Shown here: in pieces, positions 58,801 to 64,000 of the stretch
Numbering within the stretch: the stretch's first letter is position 1
Layout of the letters: every line of letters begins with the position of its first letter
Assembly (NCBI GenBank): GCA_963667805.1
Contig: OY764016.1
Span: 1,874,725-1,938,724 of the forward strand
Length of the DNA: 64,000 nt
DNA from: Candidatus Poribacteria bacterium
Lineage (GTDB): Bacteria > Poribacteria > WGA-4E > WGA-3G
Direction: 5' to 3'
Program-made: the position numbers and the translations under genes
Notes under the pieces: generated by a model
The model's database searches: none
The model's input: only the letters and a program-made list of their open reading frames with translations
Told to the model about the DNA's origin: nothing

Positions 58801-59766
58801 GCAGGCAATTACAGGTTCCTGGTCACGGCATTCCGTAAAGATTGGCCCTATACACATACGCCAGCAGTGGTGGATTTCAGTATATCACCACCCCTCTGGA
58901 CGCGGTGGCGGACTTATCTTCCAACAGTCATCTTTATGACCGTTGTTCTAACGCTCATTGGTCGTCTGATTGTAAACCGTCGCCATACCCTACAACTGCG
59001 TAATGAAGTGCGTCAAAGGGAAGAAGCGGAGATACAACGTATCCGTGCTGAACTGAGCGAAGCGCAGAATATTCAGATGGGACTTCTACCGACCGAAGCC
59101 CCGGATACGAAAGGGTTTGATGTCGCAGGTATGTCGGTCCCCGCAACACAGGTAGGTGGCGACTTCTACGATTACCTCACCGTCGCGAACGGACAGACCG
59201 CTATCGCGGTCGCAGATGCCGCCGGAAAAGGATTAAGAGGCGCAATGAATGCCGTGCTAACGAATGGGATGCTATATGAAGTCTCGCGTTTCAAGTCCGA
59301 ATCGGGTATCATTCTCACGGATCTCAATGCCGGGTTAGCCCCACGCATGTACGGACCGAGTTTCATCGCGCTGAACCTCGCTGTGCTTGATGAAAATAAT
59401 AAACGCGTTGACTATGCGAACGGCGGACAACCCTATCCTGTTCTTAAGCGAGGGGCGGAGATCATTGAAATTGAAAATAGCGATCTTCCACTTGGCAGTA
59501 TGAAAAAGGTGGAGTATGAGTCGGTCACCTTCGATTTAGATGCGGGTGACGTCCTAATTTTTCATAGCGACGGTCTGATTGAGGCGCTCAATACAGAAGA
59601 GGAAATGTATGGCACGGAACGTTTAAAGGAAGTGGTTTCAGAAATTCCTGATGGTTTCACTGCGACAGAAGTTATCCAAAGCCTCGTTGACGATGTTCAA
59701 AACTTCGTGGGAGAAGCGGAGCAATACGACGATATGACAATCGTTGTTATCAAAATCCCCTTTTAA
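55894..59766 (+). CDS. giant sensor: periplasmic Reg_prop/Y_Y_Y beta-propeller region - TM helix - coiled coil - PP2C-type (SpoIIE/RsbU-like) serine phosphatase
   Basis: 1290 aa with signal peptide. Reg_prop-like repeats. TM LPTVIFMTVVLTLIGRLIV. Coiled coil REEAEIQRIRAELSEAQNIQ. Phosphatase motifs GGDFYDY, DAAGKG, FHSDGL. Confidence 0.8.
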   Translation: MKNAILILSIVCLTLLVCVETESEQILTYTVADGLIGPVVPVVFQDSRGDLWFGSDRGGVSRFDGIRFESYIGSPDTSENAPTSNVGPGALLGQTRQIVEDKWGHIWFLTHFRAENSGRVSRFDGSSINLIGTGNSLLVDDHGDIWVGENQQLTKYITPGVQRLPQAHPNEIIGEDLLRSRDFTINIIFQSADGTIWIGGSEGEEQPHGVILSFRENRWVEDPLKITDSDNANEKTDDGTQRVHPNIGFTRYDLSNLNAVNAIETIGEDTFGNLWFGGYNLLLRFDGKVFEKILPLAWGQSGSIGSRPASIQRLASIQNDTKNRVWFSDGRTTRWWHDSQHGNLLGFLELEDAWGNLWFTDEAGAHQYDANLTQLPDRINSGLGVEGIHTIYEAIDGKLWFGHDNGVTSFDPTPAISTHAGLGTNRVRMIFEDSRGYLWFSVPGGVARYDAESEELTTHIFRVSSVQNDSSRASQTDNRTMERVRPLRTEIEKIFEVGGHVWFIDEPGVGGSSTRLRYTFFRYANGKFGQVSIPIQTAIGPGGERSDTNTNVLVHEGEHTWMAFGGHLFRADATGLLRLTNTGFQRIPFQEIGPNTTPTPIPPITFGAAAITDVYRDSNGRLWVHLDNGESLRYPKAINTATNRPSKPETLPLKATTLLKIASGSKWFFNAVTGKLILWSDTELGSPLPLDGESSTLPIAVWKNPRAENNRITFLFPDALKTYHGTTLISLESIELAELQDSLTTQDGVLWLATSRGVIRYDGEKAKTYTTKEDGFLVDNVKDVMEDSRGNIWFATWGGGTVRYDGETFYNLTTKDGLTHNNISKIHESSNKDIWFTTEGGVTQYTPTRGGLPECRLTSLESDKIYTDLSSSLTLPSRGTKILNIQGISPLREGLSYRFKLIGLDTPTWTNVSAQEFSLLATGAGGTSDAWTPSTTSVSTPQHTMRDSGIVQELQNQDGILRIRYTGLKAGNYRFLVTAFRKDWPYTHTPAVVDFSISPPLWTRWRTYLPTVIFMTVVLTLIGRLIVNRRHTLQLRNEVRQREEAEIQRIRAELSEAQNIQMGLLPTEAPDTKGFDVAGMSVPATQVGGDFYDYLTVANGQTAIAVADAAGKGLRGAMNAVLTNGMLYEVSRFKSESGIILTDLNAGLAPRMYGPSFIALNLAVLDENNKRVDYANGGQPYPVLKRGAEIIEIENSDLPLGSMKKVEYESVTFDLDAGDVLIFHSDGLIEALNTEEEMYGTERLKEVVSEIPDGFTATEVIQSLVDDVQNFVGEAEQYDDMTIVVIKIPF

Positions 59767-59888
59767 TTTTTCCTTGCGGATCTTTAATTATACCTTGCGG
59801 AGAAAGGACGTGCGTTGGAACTATTAGATGCGTTCCTCAAATCTGAAGAAATACCCTATCAAAAACCCTGCACCGTTGTTGCAGGCTA
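59761..59888 (-). repeat. intergenic repeat: two inverted module E copies, module C, and inverted module B hairpin acting as minus-strand terminator
   Basis: TTCCTTGCGGATC and TACCTTGCGGAG (rc CCGCAAGG...). GAAATACCCTATCAAAAACC. CCTGCACCGTTGTTGCAGG. Confidence 0.7.
59858..59885 (-). terminator. rho-independent terminator for the minus-strand kinase/nucleotidyltransferase gene (CCTGC-AACAACGGT-GCAGG + GTTTTTGAT on minus strand)
   Basis: Hairpin with T-run when read on the minus strand, 48 nt past the stop at 59933. Confidence 0.6.
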
Positions 59889-59932
59889 CACCTTTGGTTT
59901 AATGTTCTATTCTTATAAGGGTATCAGTTGCC

Positions 59933-61852
59933 CTAAGCCCCCATGAACTCAATAACTGTTTGCCGATATTCCTCAGGGAGACCGATGTCAAACCGTCTCC
60001 CTTTGACAATGTACCCGGAAAATCCGTCCGCCTTCCGCAATTCGTCTAAACAGGACGTAAGTTGAAATTCGCCTCGCTCCCGGAGATTATGGGTGATATT
60101 TCGTTCCAGAAACTCGAAAATCTGGGGTTGAAGCACATAGATACCGAACACCGTTAAGAACTGGTCCATATCCATCCCATCTACGTGCAAATGTTCCATT
60201 GCATACTCAGGATCGGGTTTCTCATAAATCTCTGTTAGCGAGAGTAGGGAATTCTGTTCTCTCCATGCGCCGGTGACACAACCGAAGTTCGACAACTGCT
60301 CGATCGGTGTCACTTTCAGACCGACGACACTATGGCCCACCCGCTCATAAGCCTCTACGACCTGTCGTGCACAACATCTCTCCTCATCTGAACCGTAGAG
60401 ATGATCGCCGAGCATGAGCAGAAACGGTTCGTTTCCAACCCATTCTCTCGCGCAATAGACGGCATGTCCGAAACCCTCTTGAACGTCTTGTGTGACGAAT
60501 GACACGCGGCTCCCCAATTCCAGCAGCGCGTCGCAATACGCCTGGTTCTCCTTACTGAGTTTGTTATAATGTTCAATCCGTGGCGGTGTCTGGAAAAACG
60601 ATTCAAAAAGCTCGGTATCTCCGGGCTGCACGATAAGGCAGACTTCTTCAATGCCGGCATTGATCGCCTCTTCAACGATTGCCATGATTGCCGGTTTGGC
60701 ACGTCCAGACTTATCAATAACAGGGAAGAGTTCCTTCTTCATCGCCTTTGATGCCGGAAAGAGTCGCGTTCCGAAGCCAGCGGCAGGAATAACGGCTTTG
60801 CGGACATGCCGACCCGCCTCAATAACCAGTTTCAGGCACGACATCTCCAAATCCCGTTCAATAATCTCAATGACGCGCTGTTGGCTCGCTTCATCTTTGA
60901 CAATGAATTGCGCAGAACCATCCCCTTGCGATCCCACACCTTTACCGCCCCAGATATACGGCTGAATCGGTTCATAATTCAGGACTTTGTGGAGAACAGG
61001 TGCCGTCAATTGTGATGGACATGCGGGTATCAAATGCTTATCGAATTCTGTTTGTGCGCACGTCATGAGTTTACCGACCGCTTCTGCATCTCCATCGCGA
61101 AGTGCTTGATACGCCTGCTGCGTAATCTCTGCACTCAACGGACCGAGATAGTGTTGCACGTTTTTTTCTAATTCACTCTCTGCAAATGGATAACAGTGAT
61201 TTAATTGGCTCAATATCAGGCGTGTATCTTTACTGGCACCGAGATCAACAATTACAAGGTACATGTCGTGAGGCACACTGAAGTCTTTTACATCAATATG
61301 GTCACCGTCAAACGTCATGAGAATAGGACGTTGGTATGCACACCCTTGGTCCATGCGTCCACACCGTGAAGGCGTTGTCGTCTCCCCTCGGTAAGCATAT
61401 TCCATTTCTCCGCGCGTTGTTAATTTAAGATCATAGGTCCGGTTAAAGGCGCGTGCCACCAGCACACTGATAGCGGCACTCGAAGATAACCCTTTTCTGA
61501 CAGGTAAATCTGTGAGATAGTTGTCGATTTCCAAGCCTTGCACACGGTAGTTCGTTAAAATCTCATAGGCGACGCCAGCAGCATAACTAAAAAACTCACC
61601 TTTTTCAGCTTCAGCGAGCAGGGCGCTTCGCTCCATAGGCAAACTATAAGGACCGTGGCGTGTCCCATCGCTGAGGGTCGTTTTTAAAATCAGACGGTTC
61701 GGATGCGGTTTAACCTCGGCGTATACACCTTGGTTTGTGCTGGTTATTAACGTATAGCCCCTTTCGAGCGCTGCGTTACTTCGCCGGTGCCCACCTGCCC
61801 AATCGCTGTGCTCACCGAACAGGCAAATCCTTCCCGGCACAAAAAGTTTCAT
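59933..61852 (-). CDS. bifunctional GHMP sugar-1-kinase (galactokinase-like, N-terminal) / sugar-1-phosphate nucleotidyltransferase (UTP--glucose-1-P uridylyltransferase-like, C-terminal) fusion
   Basis: N-terminal PGRICLFGEHSDWAGG (galactokinase signature) and GLSSSAA GHMP motif. C-terminal KAVIPAAGFGTRLFPASKAMKKELFPV (GalU-type signature). Confidence 0.8.
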   Translation of the reverse strand: MKLFVPGRICLFGEHSDWAGGHRRSNAALERGYTLITSTNQGVYAEVKPHPNRLILKTTLSDGTRHGPYSLPMERSALLAEAEKGEFFSYAAGVAYEILTNYRVQGLEIDNYLTDLPVRKGLSSSAAISVLVARAFNRTYDLKLTTRGEMEYAYRGETTTPSRCGRMDQGCAYQRPILMTFDGDHIDVKDFSVPHDMYLVIVDLGASKDTRLILSQLNHCYPFAESELEKNVQHYLGPLSAEITQQAYQALRDGDAEAVGKLMTCAQTEFDKHLIPACPSQLTAPVLHKVLNYEPIQPYIWGGKGVGSQGDGSAQFIVKDEASQQRVIEIIERDLEMSCLKLVIEAGRHVRKAVIPAAGFGTRLFPASKAMKKELFPVIDKSGRAKPAIMAIVEEAINAGIEEVCLIVQPGDTELFESFFQTPPRIEHYNKLSKENQAYCDALLELGSRVSFVTQDVQEGFGHAVYCAREWVGNEPFLLMLGDHLYGSDEERCCARQVVEAYERVGHSVVGLKVTPIEQLSNFGCVTGAWREQNSLLSLTEIYEKPDPEYAMEHLHVDGMDMDQFLTVFGIYVLQPQIFEFLERNITHNLRERGEFQLTSCLDELRKADGFSGYIVKGRRFDIGLPEEYRQTVIEFMGA

Positions 61853-62035
61853 TTTTTTAACTATGGCCTCCTGGACATCACTCCACTACGTTTCGTGATG
61901 GTTTTTGATAAATTCCGACGCGATTGGGGATAGGCACGGTTAGAAACCTCTCTGTTTTCTCTACTCACGCTTTGAATTGTCGCTGTTATCAATGATATTA
62001 TATTATGAAGCCAACCCTTAAGTCAACAAGGGACC

Positions 62036-63985
62036 TCATTTTCTGTCTTGCGCCCATTGACATCTTTGTTTCCACTCCTCTGCCTTTCGTATGGTTCCGA
62101 GGGGCAGTGCTACATCCTCCGCTATCATAGAGAATGCCGCCATTGCATTCACATAATCTCTCTGGTGATACCCATTGATGCCCACCTTCCTCCATGTCTC
62201 TAACACAAGACTTTGGTGTTGTTGGGCTGTTAATTGCCCTAACGAGGGTGTCTCGGAGAAAGCCGGATCCGATGCCTGTACTTCCTCCAAAAGGGTTATC
62301 GTCCGACGCAGATACTGATTACTGCTTTGCCACGCTCCCTCTCCATGAAGCAACTCACCCGCTAAAAGATATGCCAACCACATATCAGGTTCGGTTTGCA
62401 TACACATTGACAGATACGCCATCTTCTCCCCAGCATCCTTAGGCTCAACTAAAACGACACGGAGCAACTCGCGGAGGGACCGATTTTCCTGCCCCGTCCC
62501 GTTCGACTGGGTATCCCATCCGCCCGGAACTACATCCGGATAAGAGAGTGCTGCAATCCGTTTGATTCGCCTCCGCTCAATTGTCTCATACTCTGTTTCA
62601 ACCGCTGCGTATGCATTCATCGCTTGTTCATATTCACCCTTCAGCCAATAAAGGTCACCTTTCAATAGCATCGCTTCTGGGCTGAACCGTGTGTCCTCTT
62701 TGCTGGCAACATCGATCGCTAAAGATAACGCTTTATCATAATCCTCCATTCGATACGCGGTGTACATCAATCCCCAGAGTGTGCTCAAGTTCCCAGGTTC
62801 ATCTGATAGTATCGTCTCAAACGTCTCCATAGCAGTGACAAAATCTTTGCGGTAATATGCCTGCCAAGCGGTATCTCGCAATGCCGCCATCTCATGGGCA
62901 CAGACCTGTTCAAAAACACTTTGTCGCTTTAAACGGTATGTCGCGTAGGCGACCTCATCGTCTCGCAACGGAACTGTTTCCAAAAATTCAATCCACTCGA
63001 CTTCCAGAGCAGATAAGTCTTTCGCGTAATGCTCCACAAAATTGCCGGTCGGAAAAACGCCCTTAAATTTTTCTATGCCGTAGGTATCAACAAGAAACCG
63101 AACGAAGGAACCTGCCAACAGGTAACTCCGCGAACCGGCATGCCTCCAAAATCCAAACCCCATGACGCCTGACAAGGGAGGTGCGACCTCCATCTCACGC
63201 ATCGCCTTTGCCCACTGATGTCCAGTGAGCCTGCCTTCATCCCAATCTGCGGCGACCGCAATCCCTTCGTGAAGTCCTATTTTTAGACTCACCTTCAACG
63301 GGGACCACGGCACAGTAAAGACGTGCGCCAATTCATGTTTCAGGACAGGATGCGGAAAGCCCTGTGCATGAATGTGAAACCCGTGTCCGAATGGGTCTTC
63401 GACAGATGTGCCGCGGGCACCCATCAACCGCTTTTTCTGTTCAGGGGAGGCATAGATATACGCCCGGACCTTACGAGATTGCATCGCGCCTTCAGGATCG
63501 AGATAGTTAGACACCTGTGCATACTGAAATTCACAATCATCAGCGATCCGTTCAATCTCGGCTTCAAGCTCGCGGGCATAGAAGATTTCAAAGTGTGCCG
63601 TTTCACGCAAGCCTCCGAGTTCGCGGGCAATATCGGCGCGCGTAGGTCGTATTCCCAACGTTCCTGCATAGAACTGGAAACCGAGTAAGCCGATGGCTAA
63701 CAGATATACCCCTATAATAGGACGGGTTTCCAGCGGGCTGAAAAGCTTACGCCACCTCAACTGCGGCATCAATCCCGTCTCTCTACTCACCTCACATAGA
63801 CTGACAGCAAGTCCCAAAAATAGCAGTGCCCACAATAGCGTTTCCGCCCGTGCGATCAGGAGTGTATTTGTTATCGGAATAACGAAATCATAGATCGGTC
63901 CTGGGAAATACCCGAATGTCGCGTGATACGCAAACACGGGTGGATGAAATATTAGATTGATAACCACCGGAATGCAAGAAAGCAA
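62036..63985 (-). CDS. membrane-anchored TPR-repeat protein with HExxH (zinc-metallopeptidase-like) motif; 5' end may lie beyond window
   Basis: N-terminal hydrophobic helices, HELAHVF motif, and multiple TPR-like repeats in the C-terminal half. Confidence 0.5.
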   Translation of the reverse strand: MLSCIPVVINLIFHPPVFAYHATFGYFPGPIYDFVIPITNTLLIARAETLLWALLFLGLAVSLCEVSRETGLMPQLRWRKLFSPLETRPIIGVYLLAIGLLGFQFYAGTLGIRPTRADIARELGGLRETAHFEIFYARELEAEIERIADDCEFQYAQVSNYLDPEGAMQSRKVRAYIYASPEQKKRLMGARGTSVEDPFGHGFHIHAQGFPHPVLKHELAHVFTVPWSPLKVSLKIGLHEGIAVAADWDEGRLTGHQWAKAMREMEVAPPLSGVMGFGFWRHAGSRSYLLAGSFVRFLVDTYGIEKFKGVFPTGNFVEHYAKDLSALEVEWIEFLETVPLRDDEVAYATYRLKRQSVFEQVCAHEMAALRDTAWQAYYRKDFVTAMETFETILSDEPGNLSTLWGLMYTAYRMEDYDKALSLAIDVASKEDTRFSPEAMLLKGDLYWLKGEYEQAMNAYAAVETEYETIERRRIKRIAALSYPDVVPGGWDTQSNGTGQENRSLRELLRVVLVEPKDAGEKMAYLSMCMQTEPDMWLAYLLAGELLHGEGAWQSSNQYLRRTITLLEEVQASDPAFSETPSLGQLTAQQHQSLVLETWRKVGINGYHQRDYVNAMAAFSMIAEDVALPLGTIRKAEEWKQRCQWAQDRK

Positions 63986-64000
63986 AATATGACCGAAGTA

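Overview
This 64-kb window looks like a chromosomal segment from an uncultivated Gram-negative-type bacterium, about 50% GC and densely coded on both strands. Housekeeping genes are clear: lepA, lepB, selB followed immediately by tRNA-Sec (selC), lipA, a second tRNA (Asn), a YvcK-like gene, a GlmM/PMM-family mutase, two tandem dapB paralogs and a DapL-like aminotransferase. The rest is accessory or envelope content. There is a xoxF-type PQQ dehydrogenase with an MxaJ/XoxJ-like binding protein and a diheme cytochrome c. There is an FbpAB iron transporter, a multicopper oxidase and Dpp-type permeases. An ECF sigma / duplicated-zf-HC2 anti-sigma / RseB-like operon is present. A CotH-lamin-tail kinase is translationally coupled to a DUF4956 membrane protein. 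There are two tandem Uma2-family endonucleases, an XRE-MBL fusion and a PIN-domain toxin. A giant Reg_prop-SpoIIE phosphatase sensor is present. There are two BNR/Ycf48-like repeat lipoproteins; one is longer than 1150 aa, runs off the left edge, and is absent from the supplied ORF track. A GHMP-kinase/nucleotidyltransferase fusion is also present. Mobile and repetitive DNA is conspicuous. It includes an IS5-family (IS427-like) element whose two ORFs are fusable across an A9 slippage run, and two inverted copies of a ~122-bp MITE-like hairpin element. It also includes three perfect-period 100-bp tandem repeats and a palindromic G/C motif present twice. The most notable repeat is a modular intergenic repeat family whose 'CCGCAAGGAAAATTAAAAA' module sits directly in front of the start codons of dapB, dapB', a PhyH dioxygenase and the aminotransferase. 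An orphan promoter plus strong terminator delimit a candidate ~270-nt ncRNA next to the IS. No CRISPR array was seen.
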